A stretch of 64,000 nt of DNA from Methylocella sp. (GCA_037200525.1 JBBCGG010000001.1:85526-149525), one strand, 5' to 3'. Shown: positions 9,514-19,842, counted from the stretch's first letter. Notes: a model not told the origin generated them from the letters alone. A program made the numbers and translations.

Positions 9514-9850
9514 TTTTTTCTCCATTCAAAACGAATCCGGAGCAAAGCTCGCTCGCTCGAAGCGGTCTTGGCTGGGCGCTTCACGCCTCCGCGCAAGGCT
9601 CCTTGGAAAAGCCCCCGGCGTCCGAAACTCCCTACATAGGCGATGTGGGTGAAGGCCGCAACGCGGCCATCGTCCGCCTCAGGTCCGCCTCTGGTCGAGG
9701 CGCCCAAGAAACGGTTAATGCGCGGCGGCGCCGTAAAGGCTCCGTTGAGGCTAATTGCAAGCAGGGCCGCGCCAGTAACGTTTCGCACAACCTTCAGGCC
9801 GCAGATTGGCGCGTCGGAAAGCGCGTCATGCGACGGCGCGGGGATCATTT

Positions 9851-10696
9851 ATGCGGCGCTTTGCTTTTCAGGGTCGGGACACGACCGCCGATGCGGACGA
9901 CCCGGCGTATTTTGTCCCCGGCGAGCTCCCTTTGTCGCGGGCGAAAAAATCCCGGCGTCTGTTTCGCCGCGTGGTCGTGGCGACGATGGCCGCGTTTGGC
10001 GTCGCTTGCGCCTTGGCGCTTCATCACGCCGGGGACGGGGCTTCGTCCGATATCAGCTCGCAGGCCACGCCTCCAGCGCCTTTGCCCGCCTGGATAGAAA
10101 TCGCAAATCCCGCAGAATTGTTCACAGTCACGTCGCCCGAACTCGTCAAGAGGGCAAAAATCTACACGGCCCGCGAGCATCGAACTGGCGGCGGACGGCA
10201 GGATACTTTGGTCTCCGGCGACTTGAACGGCGCTGGCCCTGTTCTGCGCCTCGTGATCTACCATGTCGGCAAAGAAGCAGCGGCGCCGGCCGCGTTTTTC
10301 GTCGATCTCGCCCGCCGCGCCGCGGAAACGGGACGAGCCATCACTTTCGCGGCGCAGCCGACAGCGCTCTCGACCCGGCTTGGCGTCTTTGAGGCGGCTG
10401 ACCTCGTTTTGACCCAAACGGGGTCGGCGGATGCGCCATGTCTTGGTTTCCGACTAGCCTATGCGGCGAGCCTGCGCCTCACGGGCTTTGCCTGCGGCGG
10501 GAAAAACGAGACTGCTGCATCATTCGCGTCGAAAGCCAAGCTCGCTTGCCTGCTCGATACTCTCGAACTCGCTCCAAAGGTTGACGACAAGGATCTTGTC
10601 GCCTTTTTCGCCGCGCGGGAACTGAACGACGACACGGCTTGCGATGGTGCGGACGAGAGGCGCTCGCTCCAGCTGGTTGGCGACGCCTTCCGATGA
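9851..10696 (+). CDS. hypothetical membrane-anchored protein
   Basis: Coding-like codon usage, a single N-terminal TM segment (RRVVVATMAAFGVACALAL) and a Cys-containing extracytoplasmic domain. No family recognised. Confidence 0.6.
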   Translation: MRRFAFQGRDTTADADDPAYFVPGELPLSRAKKSRRLFRRVVVATMAAFGVACALALHHAGDGASSDISSQATPPAPLPAWIEIANPAELFTVTSPELVKRAKIYTAREHRTGGGRQDTLVSGDLNGAGPVLRLVIYHVGKEAAAPAAFFVDLARRAAETGRAITFAAQPTALSTRLGVFEAADLVLTQTGSADAPCLGFRLAYAASLRLTGFACGGKNETAASFASKAKLACLLDTLELAPKVDDKDLVAFFAARELNDDTACDGADERRSLQLVGDAFR

Positions 10697-10800
10697 CGCT
10701 TCGGGAGGGGAGCAAATAAAAGCGCCCTGAGGGGCATTTTCTTCAAGCAAGGATGAACTAAACCGCTGCCTCTGCGTTATAAGCTCAGCAGCAAGGGATT

Positions 10801-11169
10801 ATGAAAATGGTTTTCGATATGCACCGCAAGACGAAATTGATCATTCTCGCCGCTGCGGCTGTCGCCGCGCTTACAGCGCCGGCTTCGGCTCAAAACAAGC
10901 TGCACCGCCATGCGCGCCCGGTTGTCGATGTCGCCGACTCCAGCGAGCGCCCGCCGTTGACCGTGAACCGGCGCAGCTTTCTCGATCCCGGACCGGTCGT
11001 CCCGGTTGGCAGCATGTCGAACTACGTGACCGCCAGCACAATTTTCAATCAGACCCCGGATCAAGTTAATCAGCGGTCGCAGTACGGCAATGAACTGCTG
11101 CCGCGGCCCCTCGAAATTCCGGCGCGCTCGCAGCCGATCTTCGAGTTCGAGACGCCGCGTCTCGACTGA
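10801..11169 (+). CDS. hypothetical secreted protein
   Basis: Signal peptide ([19 protein letters not shown]) followed by a Pro-rich mature part. No family recognised. Confidence 0.6.
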   Translation: MKMVFDMHRKTKLIILAAAAVAALTAPASAQNKLHRHARPVVDVADSSERPPLTVNRRSFLDPGPVVPVGSMSNYVTASTIFNQTPDQVNQRSQYGNELLPRPLEIPARSQPIFEFETPRLD

Positions 11170-11331
11170 CGTGGGTTTTTCCCGGCAGGGCGGCGTGGAT
11201 GCCGATTGGCTCCTCCGCTTTCCGGGCGGCAACGCAGGTGGCGCAGGCCCGATGGATTAGGGACTGATCGGTTTAAGGTTAAATCTATCAGTTTTTTGTT
11301 TGCTCTGTCCTCGCCCCTCGGGGTCCGTGAC

Positions 11332-12444
11332 TTAACGAACTGCGATCTGGAGTTCGGCGAGGATCGCGTCGCCCATCTCCGAGGTCGATACGATTTGCGG
11401 CGCGCCATTGGCGATATCGGCCGTGCGAAGTCCCTTGGCGAGAACGTTAGAGATTGACCGGTCGATCCGATCGGCGAGATCGCCGAGATTGAACGAATAG
11501 CGCAAGGCCATCCCGAGCGAGCTGATCATCGCTATCGGATTGGCGATCCCCTTGCCCGCTATGTCAGGCGCAGAGCCATGCACAGGTTCGTAAAGAGCTT
11601 TGCGCGCGCCGCTCCTCGCATTTCTTTCTCCGAGAGAGGCGGAAGGCAACATCCCAAGAGAACCTGTCAGCATCGCCGCGACATCCGACAGCATGTCGCC
11701 GAAGAGATTATCGGTGACAATGACGTCGAACTGCTTTGGCCGGCGGACCAGCTGCATGCCGAGCGCATCGGCAAGCTGATGTTCGAGGATGACGTCGGGG
11801 AACTCGCGCACGTGCAAAGCCGAAATAACCTCGTGCCAGAGCACGCCCGATTTCATCACATTGCGCTTTTCCGATGAGGTGACCTTGTTGCGACGCTTGC
11901 GCGCCAACTCAAAAGCCACTCGGCCGATGCGTTCGATCTCATAGGTATCGTAGATCTGCGTGTCGATGCCGCGCTTCTGCCCATTGCCGAGATCGATGAT
12001 CTGTTTCGGCTCGCCGAAATAAACGCCGCCGGTCAATTCGCGAACGATCATGAGATCGAGCCCGTCGACGAGTTCGCGCTTCAGCGAAGACGCGTCGGCG
12101 AGAGCCGGATAGCAGATCGCCGGCCGCAGATTGGCGAAAAGCTGCAAGTCCTTGCGGAGCCGCAAAAGACCCGCTTCCGGACGCAGATCATAGGGAACGG
12201 CGTCCCATTTCGGGCCTCCGACGGCGGCGAGCAGAACAGCGTCGGCTTCTCCGGCGCGCGCCATATCGGCCTCGCTGATCGCAACGCCATGCGCGTCATA
12301 GGCGGAACCGCCGACAAGGCCTTTTTCGATCTCGAACTTGACCAGCCCTTGGCGCGTCAAAAAAGAAACGATTTTCTCCACTTCGGCCATCACTTCGGGG
12401 CCGATGCCATCGCCGGGGAGCACTAGAAGCTTGTAAGTTGCCAT
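11332..12444 (-). CDS. leuB: 3-isopropylmalate dehydrogenase
   Basis: [22 protein letters not shown] and [14 protein letters not shown] motifs. Confidence 0.95.
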   Translation of the reverse strand: MATYKLLVLPGDGIGPEVMAEVEKIVSFLTRQGLVKFEIEKGLVGGSAYDAHGVAISEADMARAGEADAVLLAAVGGPKWDAVPYDLRPEAGLLRLRKDLQLFANLRPAICYPALADASSLKRELVDGLDLMIVRELTGGVYFGEPKQIIDLGNGQKRGIDTQIYDTYEIERIGRVAFELARKRRNKVTSSEKRNVMKSGVLWHEVISALHVREFPDVILEHQLADALGMQLVRRPKQFDVIVTDNLFGDMLSDVAAMLTGSLGMLPSASLGERNARSGARKALYEPVHGSAPDIAGKGIANPIAMISSLGMALRYSFNLGDLADRIDRSISNVLAKGLRTADIANGAPQIVSTSEMGDAILAELQIAVR

Positions 12445-12472
12445 ATTTTAAGCTCCTCGCGCTTCAAAGGCG

Positions 12473-15208
12473 CTACACGGCAGCAAGTTGACGCAAGACA
12501 TAGGGGAGAATGCCTCCATTGTTGAAATAATTAAGTTCGTCGACGGTGGCGATGCGAGAGAGAAGCGGGACCTTTTTCACCTCGCCATTGGCGTATTTTA
12601 TCTCCGCCTCCATCATCTGGCGCGGCTTCAACGTTGCGCCAAGGCCGTGGATGGTGACTTCCTCATCGCCCTTGAGCTGCAGAGTCTTCCATGTCGCCCC
12701 AGCCTCGAAAGTAAGCGGCAAGACGCCCATGCCGACGAGATTCGAGCGATGAATCCGCTCAAAGGATTCGGCGATCACGGCGCGCACGCCAAGCAGCCTC
12801 GTGCCCTTGGCCGCCCAGTCGCGCGAAGACCCATTGCCATATTCGGCTCCGGCGAAAACAACAAGCGGCACGCCCTCGGCCTGATATTTCATGGCTGCGT
12901 CGAAGATAGACATTTCTTCGCCGCCCGGCCAATGCTTGCTGTATCCGCCCTCCGGCACCGTTCCGTCTTCTCTTTGACGGATAAAATTTTTGATCCGGAT
13001 ATTGGCGAAGGTGCCGCGCATCATGATCTCGTGATTGCCGCGCCGCGTGCCGTATTGGTTGAAGTTTTCCGCCGAAACCTGCCGCTCGAGCAGATAATCG
13101 CCAGCGGGCGAGGCCGCCTTGATCGATCCTGCCGGGGAAATGTGATCCGTGGTGATCTTATCGCCGAAAAGCGCGAGGATCCGCGCATTCTCGATTTCCT
13201 TGACCGGCTCCGGCTTAATTTTCAATCCAACGAAATAGGGCGGGTTCTGCACATAAGTGGAGCCGATGTCCCATTTATAGGTGTCGCCCACGGGCGCCTT
13301 CACCTTGCGCCAATTGACGTCGCCTTCGAAAACGTCGGCGTAACGCTCCTTGAAGACCTTTCGGGTCACGAATTTTTTGATGAAGCTGGCGATCTCCTCG
13401 TCCGAGGGCCAGATGTCCGCGAGGAAGACGGGATTGCCCTTTTTGTCGTGGCCAAGCGGCTCGACCTGGAGATCCTTGGCGACCGTTCCGGCGAGCGCGT
13501 GGGCGACCACGAGCGGCGGCGAGGCAAGATAATTCGCCTGGACGTCAGGGCTGATTCTGCCCTCGAAATTGCGGTTGCCCGAAAGGACCGCCGCCGCGAC
13601 AATGCCGTTCTCGTTGATGGTCTTGGAGATTTCGGGCGCAAGGGGACCCGAATTGCCAATGCAGGTGGTGCAGCCAAAGCCAACCAGATTGAAGCCGAGC
13701 TTGTCGAGCGACTTCTGCAGGCCGGACGCGGAGAGATATTCGGCGACGACCTGACTTCCAGGCGCAAGCGAGGTCTTGACCCAAGGCTTTGACCCTATGC
13801 CCTTGGCGATCGCATTGCGGGCGAGCAGACCGGCGCCAATCAGCACGTTCGGATTCGACGTATTGGTGCAAGAGGTGATCGCGGCGATGACGACGTCGCC
13901 ATGGCCAAGATCGAAATCCGCGCCTTCGACCTTATAGCGCGTCTGCGCATCGGCGGTCTTGCGATACTCCGTCCCAAGAGCGGTCTTGAAGCCGGCCCCA
14001 ACCGAGCCGAGCGCGACGCGTCCTTCGGGGCGCTTTGGGCCGGCCATCGACGGGGTGACGGAGGCTAGATCGAGATGGAGCGTGTCGGTGAAGACCGGCT
14101 CCGCGGCTGTTCTCGTCCGATAGAGCCCCTGCGCTCTGGCGTAAGCTTCGACCAAAGCCACGCGTGTCGGAGTGCGCGCCGAAGTCGCCAGATAGGAGAG
14201 GGTCTCCGAGTCGACGGGGAAGAAGCCGCAGGTCGCGCCATATTCCGGCGCCATATTGGCGATGGTCGCGCGATCGGCCAGCGAAAGATGATTGAGGCCT
14301 GGCCCAAAAAACTCGACGAATTTGCCGACGACGCCTTTTTGCCGCAGCATCTGTGTTACGGTCAGAACAAGATCTGTGGCGGTGACGCCGGGCGCGAGCT
14401 GGCCGGCAACCCTGAATCCGATGACCTCGGGCAGAAGCATCGACAGCGGCTGGCCGAGCATGCAAGCCTCGGCCTCAATGCCGCCGACTCCCCAGCCGAG
14501 CACCGAGAGCGCGTTGACCATCGTCGTGTGCGAATCGGTGCCAACGAGCGAGTCAGGATAGGCGATCTCAATTGTCTCCGCCTTCCCGCGCGCGGGCTTA
14601 AATTTTTCTTTCCGCGTCCAGACCGTCTGGGCGAGATATTCGAGGTTGACTTGGTGGCAGATCCCGGTTCCCGGCGGCACGACCCGGAAGTTATCGAATG
14701 AATCCTGGCCCCATTTCAGGAACCGATAGCGCTCGCCATTGCGGCCATATTCGAGATCGACATTGGACTTGAACGCCTTGTTGGTGCCGAAAGAATCGAC
14801 GATGACGGAGTGATCGATGACAAGATCGACCGGCACCAGCGGATTGATCTTCTGCGGATTGCCTCCGAGCTTGGTCATCGCGTCCCGCATGGCGGCAAGA
14901 TCCACCACCGCCGGCACTCCGGTAAAATCCTGCATCAGAACCCGCGTCGGACGAAACGCGATCTCGCGTTCGGTTTTTCCCTTGTTCGTCACCCAGGCGG
15001 CGACCGCTTCGATGTCTCCCTTGGTGACGGAACGGCCGTCCTCAAAGCGCAGCAGATTCTCGAGCAACACCTTCATCGAAAACGGCAGTTGTGAAATGCC
15101 CGCGAGCCCATTCTTCTCGGCAGCCTTAAGCGAGAAATAATGATAGGTCTTGCGACCAACAGTGAGCTTCTTGCGGCATTTGAAACTGTCGAGCGAGGCC
15201 ATCGGCAT
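12473..15208 (-). CDS. acnA: aconitate hydratase A
   Basis: 911 aa, with Fe-S ligand regions (TDSHTTM, ITSCTNTSNP, GCTTCIGNSG) and the swivel domain. Confidence 0.95.
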   Translation of the reverse strand: MPMASLDSFKCRKKLTVGRKTYHYFSLKAAEKNGLAGISQLPFSMKVLLENLLRFEDGRSVTKGDIEAVAAWVTNKGKTEREIAFRPTRVLMQDFTGVPAVVDLAAMRDAMTKLGGNPQKINPLVPVDLVIDHSVIVDSFGTNKAFKSNVDLEYGRNGERYRFLKWGQDSFDNFRVVPPGTGICHQVNLEYLAQTVWTRKEKFKPARGKAETIEIAYPDSLVGTDSHTTMVNALSVLGWGVGGIEAEACMLGQPLSMLLPEVIGFRVAGQLAPGVTATDLVLTVTQMLRQKGVVGKFVEFFGPGLNHLSLADRATIANMAPEYGATCGFFPVDSETLSYLATSARTPTRVALVEAYARAQGLYRTRTAAEPVFTDTLHLDLASVTPSMAGPKRPEGRVALGSVGAGFKTALGTEYRKTADAQTRYKVEGADFDLGHGDVVIAAITSCTNTSNPNVLIGAGLLARNAIAKGIGSKPWVKTSLAPGSQVVAEYLSASGLQKSLDKLGFNLVGFGCTTCIGNSGPLAPEISKTINENGIVAAAVLSGNRNFEGRISPDVQANYLASPPLVVAHALAGTVAKDLQVEPLGHDKKGNPVFLADIWPSDEEIASFIKKFVTRKVFKERYADVFEGDVNWRKVKAPVGDTYKWDIGSTYVQNPPYFVGLKIKPEPVKEIENARILALFGDKITTDHISPAGSIKAASPAGDYLLERQVSAENFNQYGTRRGNHEIMMRGTFANIRIKNFIRQREDGTVPEGGYSKHWPGGEEMSIFDAAMKYQAEGVPLVVFAGAEYGNGSSRDWAAKGTRLLGVRAVIAESFERIHRSNLVGMGVLPLTFEAGATWKTLQLKGDEEVTIHGLGATLKPRQMMEAEIKYANGEVKKVPLLSRIATVDELNYFNNGGILPYVLRQLAAV

Positions 15209-15325
15209 TGTTCCCGAGAAGTCGGAATGAAAAAGATATTGGTTTATAAATAATTTCTACGCCGAGAGCTACACGGATGATAGAGCAAGGCCTCAAGCTT
15301 TTTGCGCAGCGGCAGTTTCGAGATC

Positions 15326-15931
15326 ATGCGACTTTCCGCCTCACGCCTATCGGTCGAACGCGGCGGCCGGATCGTCTTTTCCAATCTTTCCTTCGCGCTC
15401 GACGCGGGTGAGAGCCTTGTCGTCACCGGGCGCAATGGCGCCGGAAAATCGACGTTGCTGCGCGCACTGGCCGGATTGCTCCCGCTGGCCGGGGGCGAAT
15501 TCTCGTTGACCCCCGCATCAGACGAAAGCATTGGCGAGAAGACGCATTACATCGGCCATGCGGACGCTCTCAAAGGCGCGCTCACCGTCACTGAAAATCT
15601 CCACTTTTTCACCGCCCTGCTTGACTCCGCCCGCGGGGGAATGGAGCCCGGCGCGGCGCTCGCTGAATTTGGCCTTGGCCATGTCGCGCATCTGCCTGCC
15701 GCCTATCTTTCGGCTGGTCAGAGGCGGCGGGCGGCTCTGGCCAAGCTCCTCGTCGCCAGGCGGCCAATCTGGCTGCTTGACGAGCCGACCACCTCGCTCG
15801 ACGCCGCGTCTCAGGCTTTGATGGAACAAATCATGGCGGCGCATTTGACTGCAGGCGGCATGATCGTCGCGGCGACCCACGCAAAGCTCGGGCTTCCCGG
15901 CCGCGAATTGCAGCTCGGAGCGCTTGCGTGA
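15326..15931 (+). CDS. ccmA: heme exporter ATP-binding protein CcmA
   Basis: Walker A GRNGAGKST, signature LSAGQRRR and Walker B LLDEP. Its stop overlaps the ccmB start (GTGA). Confidence 0.9.
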   Translation: MRLSASRLSVERGGRIVFSNLSFALDAGESLVVTGRNGAGKSTLLRALAGLLPLAGGEFSLTPASDESIGEKTHYIGHADALKGALTVTENLHFFTALLDSARGGMEPGAALAEFGLGHVAHLPAAYLSAGQRRRAALAKLLVARRPIWLLDEPTTSLDAASQALMEQIMAAHLTAGGMIVAATHAKLGLPGRELQLGALA

Positions 15932-16611
15932 GCGCCGAGCAGCTGACGCAATCCCCGCTTCGCGCCCTGTTTACGCGCGAATTGCGGATTGGCCAGCGCA
16001 TCGGCGGCGGCGCCAGCCTCGGCGTCGTTTTCTTTCTGATTCTTGTCACTCTGACTCCCTTTGCGGTCGGCCCCGATCTGGTTTTGCTGGGGCGGATCGC
16101 GCCGGCGATTTTGTGGATTTCCGCTCTGCTCGCCACTCTCCTCGGACTGGACCGGCTGTTTCAGGCCGATCATGAGGATGGTTCGCTCGATCTCATTCTG
16201 ACCAGCCGGGCTTCGCTGGAGATGATCGTTCTCGTCAAATGTTTTGCGCATTGGGTTCTGACCGGCCTGCCCCTCGTCGCGGCGGCGCCGTTTTTTGGCC
16301 TGATGCTCGCTCTGCCGACGCATCAGCTGCTGAGCGTGACGGCCTCGCTCCTCGTTGGCACTCCAGCGCTGACCTTGATCGGCGCGATCGGCGCGGCGCT
16401 CACCGTCACTCTGCGGCGAGGCGGACTTTTGCTCGCGGTGCTGATCCTGCCGCTTTGCGTGCCGGTGCTGATCTTTGGAGTCGCCGCAGCGGCGACCGAT
16501 GGCGCGAGCCCCTTTGCGCCGCCTTTTTTGATTCTCTGCGCGCTCAGCCTCCTGGCGCTCGTCGGCGCGCCGATCGCGGCGGCGGCGGCCTTGCGTCAAA
16601 TGAGCGAATAA
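15928..16611 (+). CDS. ccmB: heme exporter permease CcmB
   Basis: Polytopic membrane protein with the CcmB-type DHEDGSLDL motif, translationally coupled to ccmA. Confidence 0.9.
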   Translation: MSAEQLTQSPLRALFTRELRIGQRIGGGASLGVVFFLILVTLTPFAVGPDLVLLGRIAPAILWISALLATLLGLDRLFQADHEDGSLDLILTSRASLEMIVLVKCFAHWVLTGLPLVAAAPFFGLMLALPTHQLLSVTASLLVGTPALTLIGAIGAALTVTLRRGGLLLAVLILPLCVPVLIFGVAAAATDGASPFAPPFLILCALSLLALVGAPIAAAAALRQMSE

Positions 16612-16790
16612 GCGGCGGCCTCCGAGGCGAAGGGCCTTCTAGCGCAGGACTGGAGCGCGAGGCGGCGCAGCGGCCATCGAATAGGAAAGCCGCAACAACT
16701 CCCCCGGCGACGCCATATTTTTTTGTGAAAGCTTCACAAATTTCACGCATTAATATGAGGAAGCCTGGGCATCTGCTCCAAGAGGTGATC

Positions 16791-17594
16791 ATGAAACGAT
16801 TTGGGATAGCTGCGTTCGCGGCGGCGTTGGTGTTTTCCGGCATTGGGGGCAGCGCTTTGGCCGAGACTGCAGAGGCCCCCGCCGCCGGCGATAAAGTCGC
16901 CCATCCCGCCATCGATCAGGCCGCGCTCGACATTCTCAAAGCCGCGAGCGACAGGCTCGCCAACGCCAAGAGCCTCTCCTTCGTCGCGCTCGGCGCTTTC
17001 GACGTTCCCGCTCGAAATGGTCAGCCCTTATTCTACCATACGCGCTCGGACGTGCTTCTCGTGCGGCCAAATAAGCTTCGCGTGATCGTTCCCGGCGATG
17101 GCCCTCCCTCCGAGTTCTATTTTGACGGAACGCATGTCGCGGTCTTGACGCCGCAGCAGGATCTGCTCGCCGTCACTGAGGTTCCAGGCAACCTCGAAGA
17201 GATGCTCGACAAGATCTATAAAAAGGCGGGAATTTATTTTCCCTTCGTCGATGTTCTCGTCGCCGACCCTTATACGGCCTTGACCTCCGGGCTGACCGGG
17301 GCCTTCGTGATCGGCAAGTCGACCCTCGTCGGCGGCACGACCACGGATGTCCTCTCAATTTCAGACGAACACGTTCATCTTCAGATCTGGATCGGAGCCG
17401 AAGACAAGCTACCGCGCCTGATCTGGGCGACCGCCGCCGACAGCGCCGAGAAGCCGCGTCACATGGTGCAATTCTCCGATTGGAAGATCGACGGCGACGT
17501 CAGCCAGGCGTCCTTCGCGCCGCAACGAAAGCCAACGACCAAAGAAATTCCCTTCGGCCGCCCCGATGATGGCGAGCCGCCGGCAAAGCCCTAA
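16791..17594 (+). CDS. DUF2092-like periplasmic protein (LolA-like fold family)
   Basis: Signal peptide (AAFAAALVFSGIGGSALA), then VRPNKLRV...YFDGTHV...HLQIWIG...LPRLI, which resembles DUF2092. The longer ORF from 16239 overlaps ccmB out of frame. Confidence 0.7.
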   Translation: MKRFGIAAFAAALVFSGIGGSALAETAEAPAAGDKVAHPAIDQAALDILKAASDRLANAKSLSFVALGAFDVPARNGQPLFYHTRSDVLLVRPNKLRVIVPGDGPPSEFYFDGTHVAVLTPQQDLLAVTEVPGNLEEMLDKIYKKAGIYFPFVDVLVADPYTALTSGLTGAFVIGKSTLVGGTTTDVLSISDEHVHLQIWIGAEDKLPRLIWATAADSAEKPRHMVQFSDWKIDGDVSQASFAPQRKPTTKEIPFGRPDDGEPPAKP

Positions 17595-17639
17595 ATTTAT
17601 CGCAAGATCCGCATCGAGCTCGATATTGAGGTTTCAGCC

Positions 17640-18140
17640 ATGAATCGCAGTTTACTCGCCGGCGTCGCCATACTCACCTTAGCGTTGGCTGTCGGGACGC
17701 CGCGGCCGGTTGACGCGTTCCGCGGCGGCGGATTTGGCGGCGGCGGTGGATTTCACGGCGGCGATTTCGGCGGCGCAGGCGGATTTCACGGCGGCGGCGG
17801 CTGGCATGGTGGCGGGGTTAATGCCAACTGGGGCGGCGGCACTTGGCACGCCGATGGCTGGCACGCCGGCGGCGGCTATGGCGGCGGGTTCCACGGTCCG
17901 GCCGTCGTCAACCATTACTATGGCGGCGGTTGCTGGGGCTGCGGCGCGGCTGTCGCTGCGGGAGTTATTGGCGCTGCGGCGGTGGGCGCTTACGCCATTG
18001 GCTCGATGGTCGCCAGCGTCCCTGTCGGATGCCCCTACCAAAACGTGGGCGGGACGAGTTACTACGTTTGCAACGGCACGTGGTTCCAGCCCTATTATGG
18101 CTACAACGGCCTCTATTACCGCGTCGTCCAGCCGCTTTAG
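17640..18140 (+). CDS. secreted Gly/His/Trp-repeat protein with a glycine-zipper segment and a Cys/Tyr-rich C-terminus
   Basis: Signal peptide, repeated GG(F/W)HGG units, hydrophobic AAVAAGVIGAAAVGAYAIGSMVASV, then CPYQNVGGTSYYVCNGTWFQPYYGYNGLYYRVV. Confidence 0.65.
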   Translation: MNRSLLAGVAILTLALAVGTPRPVDAFRGGGFGGGGGFHGGDFGGAGGFHGGGGWHGGGVNANWGGGTWHADGWHAGGGYGGGFHGPAVVNHYYGGGCWGCGAAVAAGVIGAAAVGAYAIGSMVASVPVGCPYQNVGGTSYYVCNGTWFQPYYGYNGLYYRVVQPL

Positions 18141-18157
18141 AAAATCCGCGCAAGGCT

Positions 18158-18186
18158 AAAAATGGGAGAGCCGGCCCAGCTCTCCC
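18158..18186 (-). terminator. Rho-independent terminator candidate for the 18197-18835 gene
   Basis: GGGAGAGC-cggccca-GCTCTCCC (18164-18186) has an 8-bp stem. On the minus strand it is followed by ATTTTTAG, 11 nt after the stop codon. Confidence 0.55.
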
Positions 18187-18196
18187 GCGGCGGCCA

Positions 18197-18835
18197 TTAC
18201 ATCGGCGGCTTTACTCCATCGCGACCGAAATTGATGATCATTGCGTCGATCTCGCCGTTTTCGCGCTTCGGGCCCATGGCGACAACTGCGACGCCTGGCT
18301 TCAATTCGCTTTTATCGCCTTTCTCCATGGCGACGATTTGCGTCTCGGGAGTCGTCGTTACTTCGGCCTCGCCGCCCTTGTATTTCACCTTGATGGTCTG
18401 ACCATCGACTCCGGCCACCGCGTTCGCGACCGTGGCGTTGGTCATCGAGCTGTTTGGAAGCAGATCCCAAGGCCGCTGCCCTTCTCCGGTCCCGCGCATC
18501 GCATCCGGGAATATATGGATCTCGACCGCGCGTTGACCGCCATGCCCGTCGGGCACGCTGGTGATGCCGACAAAGGAGTCGGTCTTTATATCCGCAAGGC
18601 TAGCCTTGACCGTAGCAGTAATTTTCGCTGCGTCGGCGATATGGACAACCCGGACTGCGCCGTCGCGCAGCTTCAGCTGCACAGTCGATCCATCTATCGC
18701 ATCAATCACGCCGCGCAAGCGAACCGAGGCCGGCTGCTGAGCGACGCCAGTGGAAACCATGGCGCAGAGGCCAAGCGAAAAGGCCGCAATCTTCAGCGCC
18801 GCATCGGCACCCTTTAACGACGCAATTTTCAGCAT
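18197..18835 (-). CDS. conserved periplasmic beta-rich protein (DUF5666-like)
   Basis: Signal peptide, then VRLRGVIDAIDGSTVQLKLRDG...HIFPDAMRGTGEGQRPWDL...GRDGVKPPM, which resembles a conserved family seen in rhizobia and Burkholderia. Confidence 0.65.
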   Translation of the reverse strand: MLKIASLKGADAALKIAAFSLGLCAMVSTGVAQQPASVRLRGVIDAIDGSTVQLKLRDGAVRVVHIADAAKITATVKASLADIKTDSFVGITSVPDGHGGQRAVEIHIFPDAMRGTGEGQRPWDLLPNSSMTNATVANAVAGVDGQTIKVKYKGGEAEVTTTPETQIVAMEKGDKSELKPGVAVVAMGPKRENGEIDAMIINFGRDGVKPPM

Positions 18836-19068
18836 AATTGACCCTCAATTAAATCAGCTTTGATGACATAGACCTTCGGGCAGCGCTCTCGCCAGTCACT
18901 CACGCGTGATGATCCAAATGCGCCTATAACGCGCAGACGGAATTGCATTTAGCCGTGCCCCGGCCTAGAGCATTTTTAAATGGGTGGATGAATGCGGCGT
19001 CCGCGCGCCGCTTGAGTTATAAGCTGCGGACAGGCTGAACCGTTTCGAGCCAATCGAAATCGCCACAG

Positions 19069-19842
19069 ATGGAATTCATGCGCAACTACGCCAATCCAAC
19101 CCATTTCCTGCAGCTGACCCGGGTTCTGGTTCCTTTATTCGGCGCTCTGACGGCGGTTCTTCTCTGCCTCGGGCTCTATCTTGCCTGGTTCGTCGCCCCG
19201 CCCGACTACCAGCAGGGCGAGACGGTGCGGATCATGTACCTCCACGTGCCCGCCGCTTGGCTTTCGATGTTCATCTATATGGTCATGACGGCGGCGGCTC
19301 TCGGTACGCTGATCTGGCGTCATCCGCTCGCCGACGCCGCCCAGAAGGCCGGGGCTCCGCTCGGAGCCAGCTTCACCTTTCTGTGCCTCGTCACCGGCTC
19401 GCTGTGGGGCAAGCCGATGTGGGGAGCCTGGTGGGTCTGGGACGCCCGGCTGACCTCCGTCCTTGTTCTTTTTCTGATCTATCTCGCCCTTGTCGCGCTG
19501 TGGCGCACGATTGAAGATCCGGGCAAGGCGGCGCGCGCTGCGGCGATTTTCACGCTGGTCGGCGCGATTAATATTCCGATCATCAAATTCTCCGTCGATT
19601 GGTGGAATACGCTGCATCAGCCGGCGTCGGTGTTTCGCCTCGGCGGTCCGGCGATCGCAAGCTCCATGCTCTGGCCGCTCCTTGTCATGGCGGTCGCCTT
19701 TACCTTTTTGTTCCTGACTTTGCATCTCATGTCGATCCGCAACGAGATTCTGCGCCGCCGCTTGCGCCGCCTGTCGATTCTTGCGGCGGATGCGGAGGAA
19801 AGCGGGATTGCGCGCGTTCCCTCATGGGGGGCGGCGCGGTGA
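19069..19842 (+). CDS. ccmC: heme exporter protein CcmC
   Basis: Trp-rich WWD-type motif (WGKPMWGAWWVWDARLTS) and conserved His (YLHVPAAW). Confidence 0.9.
   Translation: MEFMRNYANPTHFLQLTRVLVPLFGALTAVLLCLGLYLAWFVAPPDYQQGETVRIMYLHVPAAWLSMFIYMVMTAAALGTLIWRHPLADAAQKAGAPLGASFTFLCLVTGSLWGKPMWGAWWVWDARLTSVLVLFLIYLALVALWRTIEDPGKAARAAAIFTLVGAINIPIIKFSVDWWNTLHQPASVFRLGGPAIASSMLWPLLVMAVAFTFLFLTLHLMSIRNEILRRRLRRLSILAADAEESGIARVPSWGAAR

Noticed and set aside
15243-15259. AT-rich TTTATAAATAATTTCTA in the acnA/ccmA divergent region, considered as an Irr iron-control element (TTTAGAA-N3-TTCTAAA)
   Set aside because: Only the left half-site matches (6/7); the right half is 3/7 at best. It is more simply an AT-rich promoter segment.
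16239-16790. Upstream part of the 451-aa ORF containing the DUF2092-like gene
   Set aside because: It overlaps ccmB out of frame and is Arg-rich. A canonical Met plus signal peptide begins at 16791.
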